Assembly: GCA_016937975.1 (NCBI GenBank)
Contig: JAFGVN010000053.1
Coordinates: forward strand, 34-64,033
From: Clostridia bacterium
Lineage (GTDB): Bacteria; Bacillota; Clostridia; Peptostreptococcales; Acidaminobacteraceae
DNA: 64,000 bases
Direction of reading: 5' to 3'
The notes beneath the pieces were generated by a model that was not told where the DNA came from, searched no databases, and saw only the letters and a program-made list of their open reading frames with translations. Positions 23,529 through 32,935 of the stretch are shown here, one piece after another; within the stretch, counting starts at the first letter, position 1; each line of letters begins with the position of its first letter. A program made the translations under genes and the position numbers.

Positions 23529-24971
23529 CTAATATGCCTTAGCTAAGTATACCATCTTATCTGCTTTTTCTCCACACACAATACAGGTTTCAGATAATTG
23601 CTCTTGTTCAAATGGCATGCAGCGAATGGTTGCACCTGTTTCTTCCTTGATTTTAGCCTCACATGCTTCACAGCCACACCACATGGCTTTATAAAAACCT
23701 TGTTTTTCAGAAATGCTCTCAACCAATGCATTGTAAGTCTTTACAGTGTAGGTTTTTTCCTCTCTCATTTCAAGGGCTGCATGGTACATATCTTGATGCA
23801 TATCTTCAAGAAGTTCTGAAACCATTTCTGGCAAGTGTTCTAATTCCATTTGGTTTTTATCTAATGTATCTCTTCTTGCGACCATAGCAACACCATTTTC
23901 AATGTCTCTAGGACCCAGTTCTATACGCAAAGGCACGCCTTTCATTTCATATTCATTGAATTTCCAACCAGGAGAATAATTTGGAGAATCATCTAATTCA
24001 ACTCGAATACCAACAGCTTCCAAATCTTTCTTCAGCTCATAGGCACGATCTAAAACGCCAGGCTTCTTTTGCATAATTGGAACAATAACCACTTGTGTTG
24101 GTGCAACTCTTGGAGGCAATACCAAACCTCTATTGTCACTATGCACCATAATCAAGCCACCAATTAACCTAGTCGATACTCCCCATGAGGTGTGGTAAGG
24201 ATGTTGTAGTTTTGATGCTCTATCTAGATAGGTAATATCAAAGGCTTTTGTAAAGTGCTGTGCTAAATTGTGAGACGTTCCTGATTGCAAGGCTTTACCA
24301 TCATGCATCAAAGCTTCAATGGTGTAGGTCGCTTCAGCACCAGCAAATTTTTCTTTTTCACTTTTCAAACCAGAAACCATTGGTATCGCCAACAATTCCT
24401 TTGCCATTTCTTCATAGATTTTTAAAATTTTTAAAGTTTCTTCTTGAGCTTCTTCTTGTGTTTCATGTAAAGTGTGACCTTCTTGCCATAAAAATTCAGA
24501 AGTTCTTAAGAACGGTCTTGTTGCTTTTTCCCATCTCACGACAGAACACCACTGATTATTTAAGTATGGTAATTCACGATATGATTTTAACCATTTGGCA
24601 TACATATGGCAAATGATTGTTTCAGATGTTGGTCTCACACAAAGCCTTTCACCTAATTCGTTATCACCGCCATGGGTCACCCAAGCAACCTCAGGAGCAA
24701 AGCCTTCCACATGTTCTTTTTCTTTATTTAATAAACTTTCTGGAATTAACAATGGGAAATACATATTTTTGTGACCTGTTTCCTTGAACTTTTTATCCAA
24801 GTATTGCTGAATGTTTTCCCAAATGGCATAACCATATGGCTTAATGACCATAAAACCTTTTACTGGAGAATAGTCCACTAAATCTGTTTTCCGAATGACA
24901 TCTGTGTACCACTGTGCAAAGTCATCTTCCATTTTAGTTATTTCTTTTACAAATTCCTTGTTTTCGCTCAT
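23529..24971 (-). CDS. proS: Prolyl-tRNA synthetase, archaeal/eukaryote-like type (no INS editing domain)
   Basis: 480 aa class II aaRS with a C-terminal Cys-rich zinc domain ending ...YLAKAY. Preceded by a Pro-specifier T-box. Confidence 0.93.
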   Translation of the reverse strand: MSENKEFVKEITKMEDDFAQWYTDVIRKTDLVDYSPVKGFMVIKPYGYAIWENIQQYLDKKFKETGHKNMYFPLLIPESLLNKEKEHVEGFAPEVAWVTHGGDNELGERLCVRPTSETIICHMYAKWLKSYRELPYLNNQWCSVVRWEKATRPFLRTSEFLWQEGHTLHETQEEAQEETLKILKIYEEMAKELLAIPMVSGLKSEKEKFAGAEATYTIEALMHDGKALQSGTSHNLAQHFTKAFDITYLDRASKLQHPYHTSWGVSTRLIGGLIMVHSDNRGLVLPPRVAPTQVVIVPIMQKKPGVLDRAYELKKDLEAVGIRVELDDSPNYSPGWKFNEYEMKGVPLRIELGPRDIENGVAMVARRDTLDKNQMELEHLPEMVSELLEDMHQDMYHAALEMREEKTYTVKTYNALVESISEKQGFYKAMWCGCEACEAKIKEETGATIRCMPFEQEQLSETCIVCGEKADKMVYLAKAY

Positions 24972-25044
24972 CTTGCTCCCTCCCTATTTTAAAATCACTC
25001 ATATTTGATGCATACCCCAATCATTTACTGCTGTAATCAACTAA

Positions 25045-25265
25045 AATATACAAAAAACCCCCGTTCTCGTTAGAGACGGAGGTCCGCGGTACCACTCTAT
25101 TTAATCACTTTGTGATTCTCTTTAAGGAATTAACGCTTCCCCACGGAATACTTTTCATATTCATCTCCAAGGTAGGTTCAGTAAATCTCACTTCTAGAAA
25201 CCTCACAGCAATTGATTTCACTCTCTTGAGAAAAGATTTTACTTAATAATCCTCTTCACTGATTA
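25045..25265 (-). promoter_or_regulatory. T-box leader, proline specifier (CCU), controlling proS
   Basis: Minus strand shows: AGAGAGTG at the start of stem I; specifier GAA-CCU-A (25176-25174); a near-consensus T-box AGAGTGGTACCGCGG; and a terminator CCTCCGTCTC...GAGAACGGGGG plus T-run (25051-25085). Confidence 0.82.
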
Positions 25266-25270
25266 TTAAA

Positions 25271-25299
25271 ATAATAATGGATAACCCAAGAATTGTCAA
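25271..25299 (-). promoter_or_regulatory. Candidate proS promoter
   Basis: Minus strand: TTGACA (25299-25294, embedding the ispF TGA stop), 17-nt spacer, TATTAT (25276-25271). Confidence 0.5.
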
Positions 25300-25781
25300 G
25301 AATTAACATTATGATTTAAAAGTAAGCACACTGCTTGGCTTGCAATACCTTCTTGTCTTCCTGTAAAACCTAGTTTTTCAGTTGTTGTTGCTTTTACTGA
25401 AATTTGATTCACTTCAACTTCCAAGGCCAAAGCAATGTTTGTTCTCATCTCAAGTATGTAAGATTTCAACTTCGGTCTTTCACATATGAGGACACTGTCA
25501 ATATTACCAATTTTGTAACCTTGCGATAAAATTAAATCATTCACATGCTTTAATAGCTTAATACTCGAGATTCCTTTAAACTCTGGATCATGATCCGGAA
25601 AATGTGTTCCAATATCACCTAAAGCTAGTGCACCTAGCATAGCGTCCATAATAGCATGTACTAAAACATCTGCATCTGAATGACCTAAGAGTCCTTTTTC
25701 AAAAGGTATTTCTACACCACCTAGTATAAGGGGACGATCATTGACCAGTTGATGCACGTCATATCCTGTACCAATTCTCAT
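25296..25781 (-). CDS. ispF: 2-C-methyl-D-erythritol 2,4-cyclodiphosphate synthase
   Basis: 161 aa. Start RIGTGYDVH, then GHSDADV motif. Confidence 0.96.
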   Translation of the reverse strand: MRIGTGYDVHQLVNDRPLILGGVEIPFEKGLLGHSDADVLVHAIMDAMLGALALGDIGTHFPDHDPEFKGISSIKLLKHVNDLILSQGYKIGNIDSVLICERPKLKSYILEMRTNIALALEVEVNQISVKATTTEKLGFTGRQEGIASQAVCLLLNHNVNS

Positions 25782-26440
25782 ATAAATCCTTTCATGATAA
25801 TTTCTGCGAAATCCAAATCCTCTTTCGTTGTGATTTTAATATTATTATAATCTCCTAAAACAACTTCAACAGGAATTCCCATTTGCTCCATCACTGAAGC
25901 ATCATCAGTTACAGCTTCCTTGGCTTTATCATAAGCATCTATTAAAGTTTTACGATAAAAAGTTTGAGGCGTTTGTACATTCATCAGTGTACTTCTGTCC
26001 AAAGTATTTCTAACAATACCCATTTCAACCACTTTAATTGTGTCTTTTGTTGGCACTGCTGTAATCAAACCTTGACAGGATTCTATACGTTTCAGATGTT
26101 CCTTAATGGTTTCTTTTTTAATAAAAGGTCTTGCACCATCGTGAATCATGACAACATCACCTTTTGCTTGTTTTAAGGCATTATATACTGAATCTTGTCT
26201 CCTAGGACCACCTTCTACAATTCTTATTTCTTTATTGAGTTTTACAGGTTCTAATAAAACATCTATTCTCCCTAAATCTTCTTTACCAGTTACAACTATA
26301 ATTTCATCAATTTCATCCATTAAAAATTGTTTTACCGTTTTAAGGAGCAAGGGCTCATTCCCTAAAGATATGAACTGCTTCTTTTCGACGTAATCCATTC
26401 TTGATCCTGTTCCTGCTGCTGCAATTATTAAAGATACCAT
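25778..26440 (-). CDS. ispD: 2-C-methyl-D-erythritol 4-phosphate cytidylyltransferase
   Basis: 220 aa. AAGTGSRM motif. ATGA overlap with ispF. Confidence 0.94.
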   Translation of the reverse strand: MVSLIIAAAGTGSRMDYVEKKQFISLGNEPLLLKTVKQFLMDEIDEIIVVTGKEDLGRIDVLLEPVKLNKEIRIVEGGPRRQDSVYNALKQAKGDVVMIHDGARPFIKKETIKEHLKRIESCQGLITAVPTKDTIKVVEMGIVRNTLDRSTLMNVQTPQTFYRKTLIDAYDKAKEAVTDDASVMEQMGIPVEVVLGDYNNIKITTKEDLDFAEIIMKGFI

Positions 26441-27525
26441 TACTTAGGCCTCACGAAAATCATTTTTCCAGCAGCAGTCTGAAGTGCTGTTGTAACTTCT
26501 ACTGCAATTTGCTGTCCGATTAGATTTCTACCATTTTCAATAACAATCATCGTACCATCATCTAGATATGCTAAACCTTGATTATTTTCCTTACCTTCTT
26601 TTACAACTTCAACGACCATTTCTTCACCTGGTAAAACCACAGGTTTCACCGCATTGGCAAGTTCGTTGATGTTAAGAACATCAACACCATGAAGTATGGC
26701 AACTTTATTCAAATTATAATCATGAGTAGCAACCATGCCACCTAATTTCTTTGCTAATTTCAGTAATTTAATATCGACTTCGCTTTCATCTTTAAAGTCT
26801 GTATTATCAATAATAACTTCATTTTCTATTTCAGTTTGTAATTTATTTAAAATGTCTAAACCTCTTCTACCTCTTTTTCTTTTTAAGGCATCAGAAGAAT
26901 CTGCAATATGTCTCAATTCCTTCAAAACAAATTCAGGAACTATTAATTTACCTTCTATAAATTTTGTATTACAAATATCTAAGATACGACCATCAATAAT
27001 GACACTGGTATCTAGTACCTTTGGTTTTGCATGGTCTGCTTTACTACCTATGGACAATTTTCCAAAATTCTCTAAAAACTTGGTTAAGTCTAATCTTCCA
27101 CCAGTTGCAATTCTAACACCTAAATAGCCTAAAAACAGGTATAATACAACACCTATGATATTATTCAACAAAGGAATTGGAATTAAATTCCTTGTTAAGC
27201 CCCCTACAATAAAAGCAACGAGAAAACCAGAAATCAAGCCTATAAACCCTACTAAAACGTGCTCAGCAGGTAATTTTGTAATTTCCTTTTCGATATATTT
27301 AGCCAATCGTTGAGCTTGTTTGATAAGAAACGGAGAAATAATAAAAACAATAAATCCAAGAATAAGTCCGAATAAACCTATAAAAATAAGTTCAGTAACC
27401 GTTTCACCAAATCCAATATTCACAATATCTCTTACATCCATTTCATTCGAGATGGACTTCCCAAGGGCAATTCCCGTCGATACTGCCGCTAAAGACAATA
27501 GCCCTCTAATTAATTTTTTAAACAT
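26440..27525 (-). CDS. PIN/TRAM-domain membrane protein (YacL-like)
   Basis: 361 aa. Four N-terminal TM segments, then a PIN-like core (VLDTSVIIDGR) and a C-terminal TRAM-like region. Conserved position upstream of ispD. Confidence 0.8.
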   Translation of the reverse strand: MFKKLIRGLLSLAAVSTGIALGKSISNEMDVRDIVNIGFGETVTELIFIGLFGLILGFIVFIISPFLIKQAQRLAKYIEKEITKLPAEHVLVGFIGLISGFLVAFIVGGLTRNLIPIPLLNNIIGVVLYLFLGYLGVRIATGGRLDLTKFLENFGKLSIGSKADHAKPKVLDTSVIIDGRILDICNTKFIEGKLIVPEFVLKELRHIADSSDALKRKRGRRGLDILNKLQTEIENEVIIDNTDFKDESEVDIKLLKLAKKLGGMVATHDYNLNKVAILHGVDVLNINELANAVKPVVLPGEEMVVEVVKEGKENNQGLAYLDDGTMIVIENGRNLIGQQIAVEVTTALQTAAGKMIFVRPK

Positions 27526-27651
27526 GTTAGCCTCCTTGTCATTCAGTCTAACACATTACAAGATGTGAATTTTCTTATTTTATATTTATTTAATCAAAAA
27601 ATAATGAAATCGTCATATCTAGAGCCTTTCTTTCTCTACTTTCAAATGAAC

Positions 27652-27681
27652 AAAAAAGAACCTAATCAAAAGATTAGGTTC
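27652..27681 (-). terminator. Intrinsic terminator after carD
   Basis: Hairpin GAACCTAATC-TTTT-GATTAGGTTC plus T-run on the minus strand. Confidence 0.85.
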
Positions 27682-27687
27682 CAATTC

Positions 27688-28161
27688 TTAAAAATAACCT
27701 CTAATTAAGTTTTCTACCTCGTTGCGATCCCTGCCACTTGCTAAAGAAATTTCACTAACGAATAATTGTTTTGATTCATTGAGCATTTTTCTTTCTCCTG
27801 AAGAAAGACCTTTCTCAATGTCTCGTGACATCAAATCTTTTATAACATTGGCGAGATTATAAATATCGCCACTTTTAACTTTCTCAAGATTATACTTGTA
27901 TCTTTTATTCCAATTCATGCCCCGGTCTATATAATCTTCTTTAAAAACTTGAAAGACTTCAGGAATAATATCTGTATCAATGACTTCTCTTAAATTTAAG
28001 CTATCACTACGATCTACAGGTATCATTACTTTCATATTTTTTGCTGGTAAATTAACAATGTAGTATTGTCTTTTTTCACCTAATATGCTTTTCATTTCAA
28101 TATTTTCAATGACGCCAGCACCATGCATAGGATATAATATTTTATCCCCGCGTTTGAACAT
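27688..28161 (-). CDS. carD: CarD/CdnL-family RNA polymerase-binding regulator
   Basis: 157 aa. N-terminal MFKRGDKILYPMHGAGVI is typical of the CarD_CdnL_TRCF domain. Confidence 0.88.
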   Translation of the reverse strand: MFKRGDKILYPMHGAGVIENIEMKSILGEKRQYYIVNLPAKNMKVMIPVDRSDSLNLREVIDTDIIPEVFQVFKEDYIDRGMNWNKRYKYNLEKVKSGDIYNLANVIKDLMSRDIEKGLSSGERKMLNESKQLFVSEISLASGRDRNEVENLIRGYF

Positions 28162-28170
28162 TTAACCCTC

Positions 28171-29220
28171 CTATTTTCTTTCAAAACCATAGAGTTCTCG
28201 AATTCTTCTTAGCCCCTCTATGATATTTCTAGCGCGAACCGCTCCTACACCTTCCACTTCATCCAAAGCATCCATATCTGCCTGTAGAATGCCTTGAAAA
28301 TCTTCAAAGTGGTTAATGACATTTTCTATCACATATTCTGGTATTCTTTTGATTCTTGATAACAACCGATACCCTCTTGTAAAAACAGGTGCATCTAGTA
28401 CATCTACTTCTGAATAGTAACCTAACCGTCTTGAAATTAAAGTTAAATCCAAGAAATAGTGTTCATCAAAATCAAATTCCTGAGTCTCATAAGCATAATC
28501 TTTAACAAGATTTGATAACTCATCGTCTAAATCGCTCATCAGTTGACTTAAATGAGCTTTAATCATTGTACCTTCATTACCTAGTTCACTAATATAACGA
28601 CTGACATCTCTTCCCATTTTGGCGAGCATTTCACCATTTTGTATGGTAAGACAAACATCATTTAAAGAGACCAAGTCAGAAAGTTCCAAGGCATTTAACA
28701 TTTCCAAACTCTCGTCAAAGGCCTTACGATATCTTTCAACGGTTTGTATACCTTGGTTCGTTTTGTTAATCAACTGCGCAATGTCAGGTAAGACATACTT
28801 GATGTCATCTTTGTAAAGCGTAATAAGATCTCTTCTCTGTGATATAGATATGACAAGTAGTCCAGTTTGTTTGGCTACTCGTTCTGCTGTACGGTGTCTG
28901 ATACCTGTTTCGCTTGTTTCAATACTAGGATCAGGATTTAAATGGGTATTTGCATACATAATTTTCTTGCCATCTTCACTCATGACAATGGCTCCATCCA
29001 TTTTTGCCAATTCGTAAAGTTTTGCAGGCATATAAGTTTCGTTTATAAAGAATCCCCCATCTGACATCTCTTTAACCACATCATGATCTCCAAAAACAAT
29101 TAGTGCACCTGTTTTTGCTGCAAGTACATTCTCCAGACCGTCCCTTAATAACGTCCCTGGCGACAATTGTTTCAAAATTTCATTAAAGGCTTCTTTGTTT
29201 TGAGATTTTGTGTACATCAT
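28171..29220 (-). CDS. disA: DNA integrity scanning protein DisA (diadenylate cyclase)
   Basis: 349 aa. DAC-domain motifs (DGAIVM, GIRHRTAER) and a C-terminal HhH region. Adjacent to radA. Confidence 0.93.
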   Translation of the reverse strand: MMYTKSQNKEAFNEILKQLSPGTLLRDGLENVLAAKTGALIVFGDHDVVKEMSDGGFFINETYMPAKLYELAKMDGAIVMSEDGKKIMYANTHLNPDPSIETSETGIRHRTAERVAKQTGLLVISISQRRDLITLYKDDIKYVLPDIAQLINKTNQGIQTVERYRKAFDESLEMLNALELSDLVSLNDVCLTIQNGEMLAKMGRDVSRYISELGNEGTMIKAHLSQLMSDLDDELSNLVKDYAYETQEFDFDEHYFLDLTLISRRLGYYSEVDVLDAPVFTRGYRLLSRIKRIPEYVIENVINHFEDFQGILQADMDALDEVEGVGAVRARNIIEGLRRIRELYGFERK

Positions 29221-29231
29221 GGGGCACCTAC

Positions 29232-30584
29232 TTATAAGATCATTTGTATCATCTCTTCTACGTTTTCTACCGCTATAGTTTCAATACCAGATACCGCTTG
29301 TTCCAAATTACCTTTTGGAATCACACATTTCTTAAAGCCAAGTTTCTTAGCTTCATTCATTCGCTGCTCAATATGCGATACAGCTCTTACTTCTCCAGTT
29401 AAACCTACTTCGCCAAAAATCACAACACCATCTTCAAGTACTTTATTTCGAAAACTGGATACCACTGCTGCTACTATAGCTAAATCAATGGCAGGTTCTG
29501 ATAGCTGCATGCCTCCAACTACGTTAAGATAGGCATCACATCCTTGTATTTGAATGCCTACTCTTTTTTCCAAAATAGCCATCATCATGACGATTTTATT
29601 ATAATCGACACCAACAGCCATTCGTCTAGGCGTACCAAAACTAGAATTGGAAATTAAAGCTTGAATTTCAACTAGAACAGGTCTAGTTCCTTCCATACCT
29701 GCAACAACCACTGATCCTGGAGCAGATTCAGGGCGGTTACTTAAAAATATTTCTGATGGATTTTTGACTTCTTGCAAACCTTTGTATGTCATTTCGAAGA
29801 TACCGATTTCATTTGTTGAACCAAAGCGATTTTTCACACTTCGCAAAATTCTAAAAGTATGATTTTTATCGCCTTCAAAATACAACACTGTATCTACCAT
29901 ATGTTCTAAAACTTTAGGACCTGCAATTGCACCGGACTTTGTCACATGACCAACAATAAACGTTGCAACTGAATCTACTTTTGAAATACGCATTAAAGTA
30001 GCCGTTGCTTCACGGACTTGTGAAACACTTCCAGGTGCAGATTGTACATTGGGATTATAAACCGTTTGTATGGAATCTATAATCAGAATATCTGGTTGAA
30101 ATTCAGAAACATAAGATACAATATAATCCAAGTTGTTTTCTGATACCAAATAGATTTGATCATTGCCTATGCCCAGACGATCCGCTCTCAATTTAATTTG
30201 TTTTAAAGATTCTTCCCCTGATACATATAAGACCTTTTGCCCAGATGAGCCGACAGTAGCAGCGACTTGTATCAATAAAGTAGATTTTCCAATCCCTGGA
30301 TCTCCACCTACCAAAACTAAAGATCCCTTTACAATACCGCCACCTAACACATTATCTAACTCTCTCATTTTTGTTTTATAACGGTCTTCTTCTTCAATTC
30401 GGACATCGCTCAGTGGTAAAGGTTTGCTTTTACTACTGATGCCAACGCCTTTCGTTACTACAGTATTTTCTATAAATTCTTCAACGAATGTATTCCAACT
30501 ATGACATTCAGGACACTTTCCAAGCCATTTACTGGAAATAGAACCACATTCTTGACAAACATACTTAGTCTTATTTCTACCCAT
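29232..30584 (-). CDS. radA: DNA repair protein RadA/Sms
   Basis: 450 aa. N-terminal zinc finger CQECG...CPEC, Walker A GDPGIGKST, KNRFG motif, Lon-like C-terminus. Confidence 0.96.
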   Translation of the reverse strand: MGRNKTKYVCQECGSISSKWLGKCPECHSWNTFVEEFIENTVVTKGVGISSKSKPLPLSDVRIEEEDRYKTKMRELDNVLGGGIVKGSLVLVGGDPGIGKSTLLIQVAATVGSSGQKVLYVSGEESLKQIKLRADRLGIGNDQIYLVSENNLDYIVSYVSEFQPDILIIDSIQTVYNPNVQSAPGSVSQVREATATLMRISKVDSVATFIVGHVTKSGAIAGPKVLEHMVDTVLYFEGDKNHTFRILRSVKNRFGSTNEIGIFEMTYKGLQEVKNPSEIFLSNRPESAPGSVVVAGMEGTRPVLVEIQALISNSSFGTPRRMAVGVDYNKIVMMMAILEKRVGIQIQGCDAYLNVVGGMQLSEPAIDLAIVAAVVSSFRNKVLEDGVVIFGEVGLTGEVRAVSHIEQRMNEAKKLGFKKCVIPKGNLEQAVSGIETIAVENVEEMIQMIL

Positions 30585-32835
30585 TATCTGCCCTTTCTAA
30601 CACTTTTGGCTCAATCTCTATTTCTTTTTTTCCGTTTAACTTGATTCTTATGTCTTTATGAACACTTGATTTCAATAGAAATGCTGCCAATGGGTTCTCA
30701 ATAAATTGGGTGATGCTTCTTTTTAAACTGCGTACTCCATATCTTGGGGAATAGCCTTCCTGATATAATTTTTCCATTACGCCTTTTGTAATGTGAAGAG
30801 AAAAGCCTAAAGTTTCAGTTCGTTTAATTAAGCCATTCATCAACTGAGCAATAATTTTCATAACATCTTTTTCCGTTAAAGGATTAAAAACGACTACATC
30901 ATCAATTCGGTTCAGAAACTCATTTTTAAAATGTTTTTTTAAGGCATCTTTCAATTTTTCTTCTAGAATTAAGGTTTCCTCAAAAGGATTTTTTATTTGA
31001 TCAAAACCAATGGACAGTTTATTAATTGCATCGGAGCCAACATTGGAAGTGCAAATAATAATAGCATGTTTAAAATTAATTGATCTTCCTTTTGAATCTG
31101 TCAAATTGCCTTCATCCAATATTTGCAACAACAAGTCTATTACATCAGGATGCGCTTTTTCCAATTCATCAAAAAGAATCACTGAATGGGGATAATTCCT
31201 CACTTTTTCCGTAAGTTGACCACCTTCTTCATAAGCAATATAGCCAGGAGGTGAACCTATCATTTTAGAAACACTATGTTTCTCCATATATTCAGACATG
31301 TCCAAACGTATAAAATTTTGCGATTTGTGAAATAAGCCTTCTGAAAGTCGTTGTGCCAAAGCTGTTTTTCCAACACCAGTTTGACCTACAAACATAAAGG
31401 ATCCCAAGGGTTTATTATGATCTGACAAGCCAACTTTATTACGCATAATGCCATTCACAAGAACAGAAATCGCCTTATCTTGACCAATAATATGATCACT
31501 TAAATACTTTTCAAGATGCAACAGGTTTTCTTGTTGTGAGATGCCCATATCAAGAACTGGAATGCCAGTCCACATGTTCACAACAGCTTTAACTTCTTCA
31601 GAAGTCAAGACAGCCTTCTTATTTAATTTTACTCTAGATGCTGCTTCATCCATAAGATCAATGGCTTTATCTGGCATATAGCGATCAGTCATATAACGAT
31701 TTGACAAATAGACTGCAGCAGACACAGCATCATCTTCTATAGTAATTTGATGATACTGTTCATATCGACTCTTTATCCCTTTAAGCATTTCTTCACAAGC
31801 TTCCAATGCAGGTTCATCGACCTTAACCGGTTGCAGACGGCGTTCCAAAGCCATATCTTTTTCAATATATTGTCTATATTCAGCAACCGTAGTAGCACCA
31901 ATTAACTGAATATCATCTCGACTTAGAAAAGGTTTCAGGATGTTTGAGGCATCCATTGCACCTTGAGTAGCACCAGCGCCTACTAAAGTATGTATTTCAT
32001 CTATGAACAAAATCACGTCTTTTTTATTTTGTACTTCTTGTATCAATTGTGTTAAACGGTCTTCAAATTCACCCCTGAACTTACTGCCTGCCAGTAAGGC
32101 TCCTAGACTCACTGCAATAAGTTGCTTCCCCATAAGGTAGTCTGGTACTTCTTTTGAAATCATTAAATTGGCAACACCTTCAACAATGGCTGTTTTACCA
32201 ACCCCCGGTTCACCTACCAAACAAGGATTGTTCTTCGTACGACGGCCTAAAATTTGAACCACACGATTTATGATTTCATCTCTTCCAATCACTTGATCAT
32301 ATTTATTTTGCTTGGCATGTTTAGTCATATTGACACCAAAACGTTTTAAGAACGAACCTTCAACACTTTGTATTTTTGCTTGAGCATTGGTTTTATCTTT
32401 AAAATCCAATTCTCTAATAACATCTGTTTTGACATCAAATGCACTAAAACCAATTTTTTCTAGGACCTTAACGGCTGTCGATTCAGAGGCATCCAATAAT
32501 GCTAAAAAAATATGTTCTGGCTCTACTTTTAAAGATTTTAAGCTATTGGCTTCAAAAGTTGCCTGTTTTAAAATTTCACTTGCTCTTCTTGAATAACCCT
32601 GTATTTCTCTTTTGACCAAACCTATACCAACGAATCTTAGACATTCTTTTTTTACATCTTTATAGGTCAATCGATTATACCTTTTAACCAAATCAATAAT
32701 ATCTGATTTAACTTTGAGCAAACTTAATAAAAGATGTTCTGAACCTACATAATTCATATTCATTTCACTTACTTCTACATAAGCTTGCTCCAAAATTAGC
32801 TTTGCTTTATCTGAAAAATGATCATACAGTTCCAT
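30577..32835 (-). CDS. Clp/Hsp100 AAA+ ATPase, ClpC-like but without a middle (M/UVR) domain
   Basis: 752 aa. Clp_N repeats, D1 Walker A GEPGVGKT and Walker B FIDEIH, D2 GQTGVGKT and [11 protein letters not shown] ClpP-docking tripeptide. The D1-D2 junction is only about 10 residues. Confidence 0.9.
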   Translation of the reverse strand: MELYDHFSDKAKLILEQAYVEVSEMNMNYVGSEHLLLSLLKVKSDIIDLVKRYNRLTYKDVKKECLRFVGIGLVKREIQGYSRRASEILKQATFEANSLKSLKVEPEHIFLALLDASESTAVKVLEKIGFSAFDVKTDVIRELDFKDKTNAQAKIQSVEGSFLKRFGVNMTKHAKQNKYDQVIGRDEIINRVVQILGRRTKNNPCLVGEPGVGKTAIVEGVANLMISKEVPDYLMGKQLIAVSLGALLAGSKFRGEFEDRLTQLIQEVQNKKDVILFIDEIHTLVGAGATQGAMDASNILKPFLSRDDIQLIGATTVAEYRQYIEKDMALERRLQPVKVDEPALEACEEMLKGIKSRYEQYHQITIEDDAVSAAVYLSNRYMTDRYMPDKAIDLMDEAASRVKLNKKAVLTSEEVKAVVNMWTGIPVLDMGISQQENLLHLEKYLSDHIIGQDKAISVLVNGIMRNKVGLSDHNKPLGSFMFVGQTGVGKTALAQRLSEGLFHKSQNFIRLDMSEYMEKHSVSKMIGSPPGYIAYEEGGQLTEKVRNYPHSVILFDELEKAHPDVIDLLLQILDEGNLTDSKGRSINFKHAIIICTSNVGSDAINKLSIGFDQIKNPFEETLILEEKLKDALKKHFKNEFLNRIDDVVVFNPLTEKDVMKIIAQLMNGLIKRTETLGFSLHITKGVMEKLYQEGYSPRYGVRSLKRSITQFIENPLAAFLLKSSVHKDIRIKLNGKKEIEIEPKVLERADNG

Positions 32836-32871
32836 ATGGTTTCCTTTCTCCTTCTTTCATTATAGCAAAGT

Positions 32872-32906
32872 AAGATAATAAAAGCCATGACCGGTGTCAT
32901 GGCTTT
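32872..32906 (-). terminator. Intrinsic terminator after the EF-G paralog
   Basis: Hairpin AAAGCCATGAC-ACCG-GTCATGGCTTT. T-rich sequence on both sides, so it looks bidirectional. Confidence 0.8.
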
Positions 32907-32935
32907 TTCTTTCTTTAATAATCATTCTTATTCAA

